Of a stretch of DNA of 64,000 nucleotides, positions 12,421 to 28,439 are shown piece by piece. Both the position numbers and the translations under genes were made by a program. The notes beneath the pieces were generated by a model. It saw only the letters and a program-made list of their open reading frames with translations, did no database searches and had not been told where the DNA came from. Source of the DNA: the human T2T-CHM13v2.0 reference genome, Homo sapiens; assembly GCA_009914755.4 (NCBI GenBank), contig CP068257.2, forward strand, positions 13,888,001-13,952,000. Reading direction: 5' to 3'. How positions within the stretch are numbered: the first letter of the stretch is position 1; each line of letters starts with the position of its first letter.

Positions 12421-15095
12421 GGTGCTGAAAAAAGGAGAGAACAGCCAAACAAATAAAATAAGAGGTGAAAAAGGAGACATTATAACTGATAAAACAGAAA
12501 TCCAAAAGAACATAAGAGCCCACTATGAGCAACTGAGCAACTATATGCCAATAAATGGGAAAATCTAGAAGAAATGGACAAATTCCCAGACACATATAAC
12601 CTACCAAGACTGAACCAAGAAGACATAAAAATCCTGAAGAGACCAACAACAAATAATAGGATCAAAGCCATAATAAAAGTCTCCCAACAAAGAAAAGCCT
12701 GGGGTCCAAAGGCTTCACGGCAAAATTTTACCAAACATTTAAAGAATAACTAATACCAATCCTACTCAAACTATTGTTAAAAAAAAAATAGAGGTGAAGG
12801 AAATCATCCAAACTCATTGTCTGTTGCCAGTATTACCCTGATACCAAAACCAGACAAAGACACATCAAAAAAGAAAACTATAGGCTGATATTTCTGATGA
12901 ACATTGATGCAAAAATCTTCAACAAAATACTAGCAAACAAAATGCAACAAAACATTAGAAAGATCATTCATCATGACTAACTGGAATTTATCCCTGAGAT
13001 GCAAGGATGGTTCAACATATACAAATCAATCAATGAGATACATCAAACTAATAGAATGAAGGACAAAAACCATGAGATCATTTAAATTGATGCTGAAAAA
13101 GCATTTGATAAAATTCAACATCTATTTCTGATAAAAACTCTCAAAAAACTTGGTATAGAATGAACTTACCTCAACATAATAAAAGTTATAAATGACAGAC
13201 CCACAGTTAATATCATGCTAAATTAGGAAAAACTGAAAGCTTTTCCTCTAAGATATGAAACACAACAAGAATGCCCACTTCCACCACTATTATTCAGCAT
13301 AGTACTGAAATCTCTAGCTAGAGCAATCAGACTAGAGAAAGAAATAAAGGTCATCTAAATAGGAAAGAAAAAAGTCCAATTATCCTTGTTCATTGATGAT
13401 ATGATCTTATATTTGGAAAAACCTAAAGACCCCACAAAAAAACTATTTGAATTGAAAAACAAATTCAGCAAAGTTGCAGGATACAAAATCAAAATATGAA
13501 AATCAGCAGTATTTCTATATGCCAACAGTGAACAATCTGAAAAAGAAATAAAGAAAGTAATCCCATTTACAATAGCTGCAAATGAAATTAAATGCCTAGG
13601 AATTAACTTAACCAAAGAAGTGGAAGGGCTCTACGATAAAAACTATAAAACACTGGTGAACAAAATTAAAGATGACACAGAAAAAATGGAAAGATATTTC
13701 ACGTTCATCAATTGGAAGAATCAATATTTAAAATGTCCATGCTACCCAAAGCAATCTGCAGATTCAATGGAATCTCTATCAAAATACCAATAACATTCTT
13801 CACATAAATATAAAAAAAATCCTAAAATTTATATGGAACCACAAAAGACCCAGAATAGCCAAAGCTATCCTGAGCAAAAAGAACAAAACTGGAGGAATCA
13901 TATTACCTGATTTCAACTCATACTGCAGAGCTATGGTAATCAAAACGAGATGCTACTGGCATAAAAACAGACGCATAGACCAATGGAACAGAATAGAGAA
14001 CCCAGAAACAAATTCATACATCTACAATGACATCATTTTTGACAAAGGTGCTGAAAACATACACTGGGGAAAGGACGGTCTCTTTAATAAATTGTTCTTG
14101 GAAAACTGGATATCCATATGCAGAAGAATGAAACTAGATGCTTCTTTCCATATACAAAATTCAAATTAAAATGGATTAAAGACTTAAATCTAAGGCATAA
14201 AACTATGAAAGTACCACAAGAAAATCTCCAGGACATTGGTTTGGGCAATTATTTTTGAGTAAAACTCCACAAGCACAGGCAACCAAAGCAAAAATGGACA
14301 AATATGATTACATCAAGTTAAAAAGCTTATGCACGGCAAAGAACACAATCAACGAAGTGAAAAGACAACCTACAGAATGAGAGAAAATATTTGCAAACTA
14401 CCCATCTGACAAAGGATTAATAACTCAACTCTATAAGAAAAGAAATCTAATAATCCATTTAAAAATAGGCAAAATATCTGAATAGATATTTTTCAAAAGA
14501 AGACATACAAATGGCAAACAGGCATATTAAAAGCTGCTTATCATCATTGATCATCAGAGAAATGCAAATCAAAATTACAATGAGATATCATTGCACTCCA
14601 GGTAAAATGGCTTATCTCCAAAAGACAGGCGGTAACAAACACTGGCGAGGATGTAGAGAAAAGGGAACCCTTGTACATGTTGGTGAGAATGTAAATTAGT
14701 ACAACCACTATGGAGAACAGTATGAAGCTTCCACAAAATCTAAAAATAGAGCTTTTATACAACCCAGCAATCCCACTACTAGGTATATACCCAAAATAAA
14801 GAAAATCAGTATATTACAGAGATATTTGCACTCCCATATTTATTGCAGCACTATTCACAATAGCCAACATTTGGAGGCATCCTAAATGTCCATCAACAGA
14901 TCAATGGATAAAGAAAATATGGTGCATATACACAATGGGTTATTATTCTGCCATAAAAAGGAGATCCTGTCATTCACGACAACATAGAACTGGAGGTCAT
15001 TACGTTAAGTGAAATAAGCCACAGAAAGACAAACTTCCCATGTTTTCCCTTATTTGTGGTAGCTAAAATTAAAACAGTTGAATTCATGGAGAGTA
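12420..15095 (+). mobile_element. Old L1 (L1PB/L1MA-like) ORF2 portion plus partial 3' end, heavily degraded
   Basis: Translation gives '...GDIITDKTEIQKNIRAHYEQL...EEMDKFPDTYNLPRLNQEDIKILKRPTTNNRIKAIIKVSQQRKAWGPKASRQNFTKHLKN...' and later '...[48 protein letters not shown]' (ORF 14511..14699). Both are recognisable L1 ORF2 with many stops and frameshifts. It ends near '...gtgaaataagccacagaaagacaaacttcccatgttttccc'. Confidence 0.8.
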
Positions 15096-17127
15096 GTTCT
15101 ACTACTCCACCAAAAGTCAGATTGACCTTTCCAAAAAACAGTTCTGATCATATCCACCACCTTTTCTATACATCCTTTCATGAAGTCAAAATGCTCTTAG
15201 AATAAGAACTAATTCACTCAATATTTATTTAGCATAATCTCTGATGCAAATCTCTTCTCCAGTGATTACTTTGTAAGGCCCTCATTGTAAACACATGTTC
15301 AAAAAAATTCAAGAAAACATCAAATAAAAATAAAAGTTAAATGACAAAAACTGGATAAATGTATTTTCAAATTATATCATAAATAAAGTGTTAGTACCTC
15401 TTATGTAGAAGACCTTCTGGAAAACAAGAAGAGAAAGGCTAATAGCCCTATAGAAAAATGGACAAAAGATACGAGGAAAGAACCCACAAATAAACACAAC
15501 AATATGCTCAATCTCTAATATAATAAAAGAATGCAATTAAAAGTACACTGATGAGATTGGCAGAAATCCAAAAGTTTGACAACCTACTCTATCAAGGTGA
15601 CTACAGGGAAATAGGCTCTCTTAGACTTTATTGGTAAGAAGAATCTAAAATGATATAATCTTTATCATGAGGAATTGAGTTATAACTAGCAGAATTATAT
15701 ATGTATTTATTTTTCAATCTCCCCTCTATAATAACCTTGTCTAGGAATGTCTTTCAAAGATAACACTGGGGAAACGGTATATGGGGTGAAGGGTTCATGA
15801 GGGTCGCTTTTACTCCTCTCTATACTTTTGTGCTTATTTATAAATACCTACAATGAAAGGTTTTAAAAATTAATCTTTGCTGGTGTTTTCTCTTGACCTT
15901 GGTATCCTATCACCTTAGCCTGGGTTTCCCAAAAAGTGAAGGCTAAGAGAAAAGCTGCCGCCTGACTGGACTATTCAGTAGTGTGATGGAGGGAGGGTGG
16001 TAAACAGGAAATAAGAGAGGGTCTTCACAAAGATGCATTGTTGAGTTGGCCACCACGTGAGGCTGCTCATATGGAAGGGCTTTCGGAGAAGTGTGATGAA
16101 ATGAACCTCGGCAACAGACACTCTCAGCCTCAGAGAGACCCCAGGGCAGGGAGTAAGTGGCACATCTGGTATACCCAAGTCCTTGTCCTGCTAGGGTACC
16201 CATGGGATGAGAAGTCAAGCCTATGCAGAGTTAGCTTTCATATCTGTGGCTACACAAAGAGGGGAGGCAGGGAGAATTTGATATGTGGCAAGAGAGCTGT
16301 ATGCTGCCCCCAAAAAGGGATTACTAACACTTGCATATAAGTTGTAGAACTTGCCTTTAATTTGATACAATAAAATGAATCATCGGATTAATTTTGGGAA
16401 TGTTGATATTAAACAGCCAAACTCCTAATAGGTAATTTTATGATTGATGTCTTTACCAAGATATACAGCTTCCTCAGGAGAGAATAGTACATATTAAAAC
16501 TAGAAAATTATACTATAGATGTTAAGAGTTCAAATAATATATGCCAATCTATAAGAAAGCCAGTCGTAAATAGTTTTCACTGATGCATGCCAGAATATTT
16601 AAATATTTAGCATATTTAATACATTAAATGTGGTAATGAAGTGGGACAACCATCTTAAATCTATATACACACACATATGACATAAGGTATTGTAAAATAG
16701 TATAGTATAATCTATATATGTACATAAATATTGATTTTGAAAAGTTGATAATACAAAGAGAAGAGAAGTAAGCTGGCATCACATGTGCTCTGTAAGCAGT
16801 TACTGAGGCAATGATACAACAGCCAAGGGCTCATTTTGAAGTGCTGATTATTTCCTTGTGCCAGACAGAAGTGACAATCAAAGTGATTTACTCTGAGAAC
16901 TTTGCATTACTGTGAAATCATTTATGCACTGTAAATGATTTGAATACCCATGAAGTCCGTAGGTCCCCAAATCATGTTCTTTTGCATTTCCCTGCCTTTC
17001 TTCCACCAAAGACAGATATCATGTGAAGTAATGTATCTGAAATTCATAAGCAGACAAAATTTCTACTGACTTCAATCATATGGGCCAATGAAAAGGTTAT
17101 CATCTTCCCAAATGGTCTCCCAACCTA

Positions 17128-17647
17128 TATTAGTTTCCTATTGCTACCGTAAAAAATAATCACAAATAGCCACAAATTATGGGAAATTATCATAGCCACC
17201 TTGGTGGTTTAAAACAACAGAAGTTTATGTACTCACAGTTCTAGAAGCCAGAAGTCCAAAATCAAAGCGACAGTGACTGTGCTTCCTCCTGAGGCTCTTG
17301 GAGAGAATCCATCCCTTGCCTCTTCTGGCTTCTGGCAGCTGCTAGCATTCCTTGCATTCCTTGACTTGCCAGCGCTATCATTCCTATCTCTGCCTCTATC
17401 TTCACACTTCCTTCACTATGTGTATAGCAGATCTCCCTCCACCTCTTAGATCTTCCTATGAGGACATTCAAGATGACATTTAGGGCCCACCCAGCTAATC
17501 CAGGTATACCTTCTCATCTCAAGATCCTTAATCACATCTGTAAAGACCCTTTTTCCAAGTAAGGTAACATTTACAATATTTGCATGTTCTAGACATTAGG
17601 ACCTGATATCTTTGGGGCCACAATGTAGCTTACCTCACCAACCATGA
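17128..17647 (+). mobile_element. MaLR-type solo LTR (MLT1-like)
   Basis: 'ttagtttcctattgctaccgtaaaaaataatcacaaa...ggtggtttaaaacaacagaagtttatgtactcacagttctagaagccagaagtccaaaatcaa...ttagggcccacccagctaatccaggtata...' matches the MaLR/MLT1 LTR consensus ('ttgctgtaacaaattaccacaaact..ggcttaaaacaacagaaatttatt..cacagttctggaggccagaagtccaaaatcaagg...attagggcccaccctaatgacc'). It has no poly-A tail and TG..CA-like termini. Confidence 0.6.
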
Positions 17648-17876
17648 GTTATTCTATTGAGATATTGTCTGTCATGCTTATTGCCACTGTAAAATAACAA
17701 TTAAAAAAAAGTCTGCACCCCCCTCCCTATTCACATACTCATCCTAAGATTAGCGATAATTTTGTTTCCAAGACAGAAGACAGTACACTTTTTCTGAAAA
17801 GGGCCAGATAATAAATGTTTAAGAACTTGTCCACCATATGATCTCTGTCATAACTGTTCCAATAGTTTCTTATATG

Positions 17877-18350
17877 TGCTGTAACAAAATGACACAAATT
17901 TTGTGGCTCAAAACAACACAAAGTTATTACCTTCCAGTTCTGTAGGTTAGAATTGCAACAGTGTTCTCCCTGAGTTGAAATCAAGATGATAGCAAGACTA
18001 TGTTTCTCCTGGAGGCTTGAGGAGAACGTATGTTTCCTTGAATTCACCAGCTTCACATGTCCTGGTTCATGGTCCTCTACCTCCATCTCCAAAGCCAGCA
18101 ACAGGTCCAGTGCTTCTGAGATGACATCGCTCCAACTTTTTTCTCTGCCTCCCCTTCCACTTTTAAGAACTCTTATGATTACATTGAGCCCACCCAAATA
18201 ATTCAGGATAATCTCCTTTTAAATCAATTGATTGGCAATCTTAATTGATCTGCAATCTTAATTCCCCTTTTTTATATCATATAACATTCACAAGTTCTGG
18301 GAATCAGGATGTAACATCTTTGAGAAACCATTATTCTACCTACCACAAGG
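17877..18350 (+). mobile_element. Second MaLR-type solo LTR (MLT1-like), same orientation
   Basis: 'gtgctgtaacaaaatgacacaaattttgtggctcaaaacaacacaaagttattacc...ccacttttaagaactcttatgattacattgagcccacccaaataattcaggataatctcc...cacaagttctgggaatcaggatgtaacatctttgagaaaccattattctacctaccaca' follows the same family consensus. The 152-aa ORF 17739..18197 (-) lies inside it and is spurious. Confidence 0.6.
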
Positions 18351-19623
18351 AACATGCAAAACCTATATTTTACTCCCAACCAGAACTTAGAAGGTGGCAG
18401 AACCTCTGATGAGAGACAAATGTAGAGACCCAAAGAGGCTAAAATGTAAACACCCTGACCTTGAAAGCAGCTACAAATTTTTTTTTCTTCAACTTTTTTT
18501 TTAAGTAAATTTCAGGGTACATGTGCAAGATGTTCAGGTTTATTACATAGGTAAACATGTGCAAATTTCTTGTATCAAAGAGGACCATATGACAAGGCAT
18601 CTCTGGAACCCAACCAGAACAGTTTTGCAGTTGTCAACCAAGCCACCCAGAAACAAAAGGAACAAGAAAGCAATGTTGACCATCTTGAACTAAGAACCAG
18701 GGACCTCCCCTGTTCGCACAGAATAATGTGAATTAAACTGACTGATTCACAGTAAGTTAATATGGAATAAAGTTTCACCTACCTTCTTACATGAAGGTAA
18801 GAAATGAGTTCAAGTAATGACTGATATTGGATGTCCTGCCGGTCAGATAATTGGGAACTCAGACACAGAGTACATTTGGTTTAGAAAAATAGAATATGGC
18901 ATTCTTATTATTGCCAGCATAACACAGAACATACTGATATCGACTACATATCTTCAAAATATATAATACGTTTTATTCTTTTCCTTCTCTGACTTCCTAA
19001 TATTGCAACCTTCCTGCTCAAAAGCCTTAAATAGTTCAGCAATTCTGAGCCTGGTATTAAAGATCCCTCCCCCTACTCCTACACTAAGATCTGATTCAAT
19101 TTTACCTTTGGTAGTTTATTATTAAATATTAACTTTTACATATTATGATTTCCAGCTGAATTATATTTTGTGTTCCCTGTTATTAAATATTTTTATAATG
19201 TTTTCCTGCTTTGAAAGTCTTTTTTCACCCCATCTTTATACCTCTAAATTCTACCTATATTCAAGGTCTTTTGCAAATCCTATTTTTTTCATAAATTCTT
19301 CCCTGATCTTTCCAACTGAATTATTGGGGAACCCCCACTCTATTTACATAGATCTTTTATTGCTATAGTCTTCTCACAGTTTATCAGTCAGGTGCAGTCA
19401 GAAAAAAACAGAAACCACACTAGGGACTCCAACAAGGAGGATTTAATATAGGGGCTGGTTATACAGATGTTTGAGGGATGAAAGAGCAACAGAAAACACT
19501 AAAGGTTAGCATGAAATAACAAGCAGCTATTTCTCATACAGCTGGAAGAATAAAAAAAGAAGAGGTTAGACTATTAAAGCTTAGGATCTCACAAAAGAGG
19601 ACTTACATAACTGTGACTTGGAT

Positions 19624-19923
19624 TTTTTTTTTTTTCAAAAAACAGGGTCTTGCTCTGTCACCCAGGGTGGGTGGCATTGGCATGAACATAGTTCATTGCA
19701 GCCTTGAAATCCTGGGCTCAAAAGACCCTCCTGTCTCAGCCTCCTGAGTAGCTAGGACTACAGGCAGGCATCAGCACACCTGGCTAATTATTATTATCAT
19801 TATTTTATTTTGTAGACAGTGTCTCACTATATTGTCAGGTTGATCTCCAACTCCCAGCCTCATGCTATCTTCCTGCTTCTGCCTCACTGGGATTTCAGGC
19901 ATAAGCCACCACAACTGGCAGGA
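19624..19923 (-). mobile_element. Alu (older J/S-type), antisense
   Basis: A T-run is followed by 'aacagggtcttgctctgtcacccagggtggg...gcctcctgagtagctaggactacaggcaggc...' and it ends '...gggatttcaggcataagccaccacaactggcagg'. Confidence 0.85.
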
Positions 19924-20336
19924 CTCAAACTTCTAAAGAGTAGGCAATGCTTGACGGTGGTTAGTTCTTATGAAGGAGAGCAACAAACTGGTTTGGGAAT
20001 TTGAAGGCAGTTGGACATTGAAACCAACTGGCACTCTTAAGATAACTGTTTCTGCAGGGATGAAATGTTATTGCTGGAGAAAGCTGTCACCATGCAGGTG
20101 AGAGCAAGAATAACAAACAGGAAACAGGAGGTCCTTCCTCCTTTCTTCCTGTGTTCCAGTCACTCTAGTGTTTCTTGGTAGAACCCAACAGGAGGCCAGC
20201 TGGCAAATAAATCAGGGAAATGTTTGCTGTGTCTTTAGCCACAGAATGGTAAGGCATTCTGGAAGACAAGTGAGGAAAGTTTTCTGAGGTGGCAATTCCT
20301 TCTGTAGCTTTAAATTTTTATCATATAGAAGTCAAA

Positions 20337-20510
20337 GGCCAGGTGCGGGGGCTCACGCCTGTAATCCCAGCACTTTGGGAGGCCAAGGCGAGCAGATCAC
20401 TTGAGGTCTGGAGTTCAAGACCAGCCTGGCCTATATGGTGAAACCCCTTCTCTACTAAAAATACAAAAATTAGCCAATGTGGTGGTGGGCATCTGTAATC
20501 CCAGCTACCA
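20337..20510 (+). mobile_element. Partial Alu (left arm, linker and start of right arm), sense
   Basis: The sequence reads 'ggccaggtgcgggggctcacgcctgtaatcccagcactttgggaggccaaggcgagcagatcacttgaggtctggagttcaagaccagcctggcc...aaaatacaaaaattagcc...ctgtaatcccagctac' and then diverges. Confidence 0.8.
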
Positions 20511-21610
20511 CTGAAGGCCACTAGAGTCATCCAAAGCATGTTGGTGCAACAGGATCCATATTTGCCAGAGGGATCTCTCTCAAGACCTTGGCAAGGCCAG
20601 ACTCCACAGTGGGAGATTCCCCTCCACAGACACTGAAATGTCTTTGAAAATTGCAACAGTTCATTTTCTCTCTTGCTCGATGATTTCTTGTGTCATTCCA
20701 ACTTTATAGCTTATGCAATTTACTTTTTTCTCTCTCTCTTTTCAAAGAAGAGAGATCCCTCTAGTGGTTTGAGTGAGTCTCTGTTTTTCAGTAACCAAAG
20801 AGAACATGGAGAGAGAGCTCTTTTAATTTCCAAAGAGCTATGAGAGTTGATGAGCTGGGAGGAGAAAGAGATGAGCTGCAATAATAGGAGACACAAAGAA
20901 GCATGACTTGATGACACTCATACAGTACCTTTCTTTGCTATGCTGGCAGCAATCAAGGAATTTTATGAACCTTTAGAGACTTGTAAGATCCTTGCTACTG
21001 GTTTATCAGGATCTTTCTGATTATCATTTATGATTTATTCCCATTTTCTCATTCCTGTTATTTCAGTTCATTTTTCCGCTATCTGCATTGCTTTTGGAGG
21101 ACGCAAATTCCCCTCACATAATTGCCAAGTCCATGTACAGTTTCCATGCATGATTCTATATGGAAGTAGTTGATGAAAAAGAGTTGGTTAGCATGCTAAT
21201 CAGTGTATTAGAAGGAAAGACTCAAGAAAATCCATTTGCATTTCTGGTTTTGTGAATTTTACTTCATTACAATGAGAGAGGAGGGTGACGGGATGGGCCA
21301 CTTTCTCTCTCTTCAATTCTAATGAAGCAGCTGGAAAGATTTAAAAAATCATTCTGCATAGTCAAAGTCAATTAAAAGAAGAACACTAGCAACCTGCAAT
21401 TATTTATATTTTTTTAAAAAGATGCTTGATATTTAATTGGCTAAATAAAGTCTGCCTATATATCAGTAACATTTTAACTAAGAATCCCACTGCAGACATT
21501 TAGCCAAAGTAGCTAACATGTTTGATATTCCAGCTTTGAAGGGTTGGTTGGTTAAGCCTAAGGATATACTTTCTGTCCCCTCCAACAATGACCAAGTGGA
21601 AGATCTTAAG

Positions 21611-24359
<2,749 letters not shown>

Positions 24360-24360
<1 letters not shown>

Positions 24361-24376
24361 ATGGGTCTAGTTTCTT
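24360..24376. repeat. Downstream TSD of the L1PA insertion
   Basis: '(a)atgggtctagtttctt' is identical to 21611-21627. The inferred empty site is ...aagaatgggtctagtttctt|aagcaaccctgg... Confidence 0.85.
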
Positions 24377-25195
24377 AAGCAACCCTGGAAAATAGAAAAG
24401 AAAAATCTCCCATATTCAGGGTGCTTTTGTATAACAGCTGAGCTGGTTCAAGTGTCCCAGAGAGAATGGGACTGAACACTGTTCATGCTCATTATCGTTT
24501 ATCTAAAAACTAAAGTTATTGGTTACAGAGCGTTGTTTAGATACTATGGCAATAAATCATTTTTGTGAGCTGCTGTGATGAAACATATATTGTCCTTCAA
24601 TATAAGCAATCAACAGCAATGGTGTTTCTTGTTCTACTTCAAACTGTTGGTCCCTGGAAAATCTACAGAACAAAATCTCTTAATGTCACAGTATATTATG
24701 TGTTTCAGAAACTCTACATGAAATCATTCATGTACATTCATTCTACGTGAATTCTACATTCATTCTACATGAATGAATAAAATGGCAATCAGTAAATGGA
24801 AGAGATAAATAGACAATGAAGAAACAAAATTGGCTAATTCACAAGCCAGGTAATCTCTGAGGAATACCAGAGTATGCCACCCTAAAATATGCCTCTTTGG
24901 ATTATGGATTATTTTGAGCTAAAAGCCATTAAAAACCAGCAGCAGGAAAAGCTCTAAAAATAAAGCACAGATTTTCCTTTTACTGGGGAAGTCTCCATTT
25001 ATAGAGGTGTCTCCCTCATACCAGGAAGAGGAGGACTCTTAACAACTCTTAACTCTTATCAATGGAGAAAGCACCAATTTAAATCTGCAAACAAATCTTA
25101 ATAAACAACCCTTGTTTGCCATTCTTTTCTCTTGTCACCTTCCCATAACTTGCCTCCTTCCACCCACAACATGAAACCCTTTTTCTTTAGTCTAA

Positions 25196-25958
25196 GATGG
25201 TATATAATCCTAAATTCTAACCACCCCCGTAGGTCACTCATCTCTGGGTACTCGCGTGTGTAAGCACAACACATGTGTTAATGATATAGGAGTTAAAAAG
25301 AAATTATTTAGGCAGATAGTGAGGCTAAGGAAGGTTTTCCTTTTAATAAAAAGCAGCCCCCAAATCATTTTCTTTTCTAACAAAGAGCAGCCTGTAAAAT
25401 CAAGCTGCAGACATACATATGCAAGCTGGAAGCTTGCATGGGTGAATGTTAGCAGTTGTGTCAGTAGGAAAAGGCTACCTATGACTAGGCATAATCAAAA
25501 TGGCGGCTCCATCTTCCCTTCACTTTGCCAGCCACATGTACAGTAAGAAGCAGACAAGATGACGCTGGCCAAGTGGAAAGTCCATTTGCATAATAAGATT
25601 AGGGTGGTGCAACCAGCCTTCCCTGGCCCCACCCCTCGCTATGTAAACGTCACACCTGGTAGAACCAATCTGTGGCCCTATGTAAATCAGACACTGCCTC
25701 CTCATGCCTGCCTATAAAATCTGCTGTGATCTGCTGCAGGCTGGCTTTTCCCTTTCAGACACCTCACTTCAGATAGCTGCTGTCCTCTCTTCTTTCTTCT
25801 GCCTATTAAACTTTTTGCTCCTTAACCCACCCACATGTGTCCATGTTCTTAATCTTCTTAGTGCAAAATGATGAACCCCGGGTATTTACCCCAGACAAGG
25901 ATGCCACTTCACTAATAAACTATTGTTTGTTTTTCTCTTGTTAATCTGTTTTTGGACA
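25196..25958 (+). mobile_element. Solo LTR (unnamed family; shares a 3'-end motif with the LTRs at 54.5 and 60.7 kb), flanked by a 6-bp TSD GTCTAA
   Basis: It contains, in order: a CCAAT motif (ccaatctgtgg), a TATA box (gcctataaaatctg), R/U5-like sequence with AATAAA signals (cctattaaact, cactaataaactattg), and the terminal 'ttgtttgtttttctcttgttaatctgtttttggaca'. GTCTAA sits at 25190-25195 and again at 25959-25964. The exact 5' boundary is less certain. Confidence 0.5.
25713..25719 (+). promoter_or_regulatory. LTR TATA box (TATAAAA) with a downstream AATAAA at 25914-25919
   Basis: Direct read. These are the canonical LTR U3 TATA and R-region polyadenylation signals, in the right order and spacing (about 200 bp). 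Confidence 0.5.
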
Positions 25959-28439
25959 GTCTAATTTATAGAGCCCCAGCTGAAGAATCTAAGATGGATA
26001 GAGAAAACGATTTTTTCCTCACCTACATCTGTAATTATATTAGTTTGAGGGTAAATATGAAGCAATAATGATCACTACTTGGTAATCTCCTTTACCAATC
26101 CTCTGTAATTTGGTAAATTATAAAGCAAAGTTATAGCCAATTCTCATGATTCAGGCTTCTTTTTATAGCATTATGTCTAATATATCTGATTCATGTCTAT
26201 TGTTTTAGTAATAACATGCCAACCTCATGGAAACCAAAAAGTATCTCAGACAGCTCTCAATCAATTTAGAAAGCTTATTTTGCCAAGGTTAAGGATGCAC
26301 GCCTGAAAGGCAGGTCTGTGCCTTTCTCCAAAGATGGTTTTGAGGGCTTCAATGTTTAAAGGTGAAAGAGTGGGTATTTGGGAAAGAGAAAGAAATTTTC
26401 AAAAGGTGTGGGTAGACAAATGGTTGCATTCTTTTGAATCTTTGATCAGCCTTTCACTGAATACACAATTTACATGTCGGTGGTGTGGAGGAATAGACAC
26501 TTATGCTGTCATCTGGCTCACTGAATCAGCATTTTTACATCAGAGGAAACAATCAGATATGTGTTTGTCTCAAGTGATCAGAGGGATGACTTAGAGTTCT
26601 GTCCTTTGTCCTGCACCTGTAAAGATAAGCTGTCTATTTCACTGTCAGAGTAAAATTCAACAGAACTGTCATAGGGTGAAGATCTTGAAGTCCACAAGGA
26701 ATTTCCTAGTGGGCAAATTGTGAGGGAGGTATATACTTTGTATTTTTGTAGCTATCTTATTTAGGAATAAAATGGGAGGTAGGTTTGCCTGATGTGATTC
26801 CCAGCTTGACTTTTCTGTTTGGCTTAGTGATTTGGGGGTCCCGTATTTTCCTTTCACACTCACAGTAAAATTTTAATACCCTCAAAATCTGCAGGACAAA
26901 ACTCACACATAAAGCTCCTTGAGAAGTTACTAGAGGTTAAATGGGTCCGAAGGGCTCTTTCCATTCTAGGAGAAGGATCATGATACTATGATAAGGTCAC
27001 TAATATCAGCATCATTTATTTATTTAACAAATAATATTGAGTACCTGTGGTGGATTTATATCATGTCAACTTAGCTAAGGTGTAACCACAGTTTTCAGAC
27101 TTCCCTTCACTGCATAATTCCAAGTTAGTATGGGCCACAAATGACATTTGCAAAAACTGAGAAGTAGAAGTGAAACAGCAGCCTTAAAAAATAAAACTAA
27201 TAGTTGGAAGATTTGCTCAGGTCCACTAGGCACCACTGCAACTCATGTACGTTGCGCCCATCTGCTGGCTTGCCTTGAAGATGTAGGAGCCAAAGGGAAA
27301 TGACCTATTTGCACTTTGAAGTTTCACTGAAAATCAACTGACAAAGGCAAAACAATAGCAGAGAAGGCTTGCACAATTTTATTTTAACATGCATAGCACA
27401 GGTGATTCTCAGGAGAATGATTACCCAATAACCCAATGAGGTACAGAAGCTTATATCCTTTTTCACAGGGGAGAGGGGAGAATGGGGAATGTGGACAATG
27501 CTTCTCAGAGACAGCAAATGATTCTTAAGGAGAAGAAATGGACAGAAATTAACTTGTAAATGATTGTCTTTGGAATTCGAATGAGCCAGAAAAGCAGGCA
27601 TTCTCTTGTGAAAAATCCATTCTAGTTGCATTCCTCAGTCTTCTTTTCTGAAAGAGACAGGGGGACTTCAGGGAGAGGAAGAAGGCAATCTTGTTCATTT
27701 TGGAAATAAGATTTCATGGTGAAATAAGAAAATCCCAGAAAATCCCAGAGAATCCCTTCTTGTGCTTGGGCACGAAGCGGGGTTGGGGGAAGAAGACAAT
27801 ATTAGAGGGACCTGGATTCTGAGGCAGCTTCTAAGGCCTCTCAGCATGTCAAAGTGCCAATCTTTGCAGTTTTATTTTCCAAGCCCCAATAATAGCATAG
27901 GGCAGATCCCACTCCTAGTTTTTCTGCTCCTATCGGACACCCCGTCAACTCTCTGACAAGCTTCTTCAACTCCCTGTTCAGGTGAATATTTAGTTCCATG
28001 ACAAAGGGCTCAAACTTTGATTGAAGGTCACCCCTTCAGCATTGAAACTGGAGGTTTGGAAAGACTGACAGAGTTCTAACTCATCCATTGGAGTTCCAGC
28101 TCATTCTCGTGGGTTCCAATTTCTCCTTGCTCTTCACCACTTTGCCTTTGTCTTTTCTTCACAGGTGGCTGCCTTCCTGATTCAGACTTCAGAATCAGGC
28201 ACAAAGACAATAGACTCTGTTAGACCATTTAAGCAACTTCCAAAATTACATAAGGCCAGTTGGAATTTTTTCTTATAAAAGGCAAACCAAAACCAAAACC
28301 ACATTTTTCTCTCTACTCTCACTCTTAACACAGAATGCCTCTGTGACCAAACGCGTGGGTTTTTTTTCCCCTCAACACATCAAGCAATTCTTTAGCAGAC
28401 ACCAGTTGGGTGTCCTATAACTCAAATCAATTCTGACAC

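Noticed and set aside
16038-16340. A 100-aa ORF in unannotated sequence
   Set aside because: It has no start context, no splice-site structure, no recognisable motif, and overlapping antisense ORFs of similar size. That is consistent with noise, and I cannot test conservation without a search.
17739-18197. A 152-aa ORF on the minus strand
   Set aside because: It lies entirely within a MaLR (MLT1-like) LTR copy. It has no recognisable domain and is a typical chance ORF in repeat sequence.
24700-24780. A repeated 'tacattcattctac(g/a)tgaat' pattern that looks palindromic
   Set aside because: It has only two short imperfect units (about 22 bp) with 'cattcat/atgaatg' inverted words. That is too short and degenerate to call a structured element.
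25256-25546. A 96-aa ORF
   Set aside because: It lies inside the solo LTR (U3 region). LTRs are non-coding.
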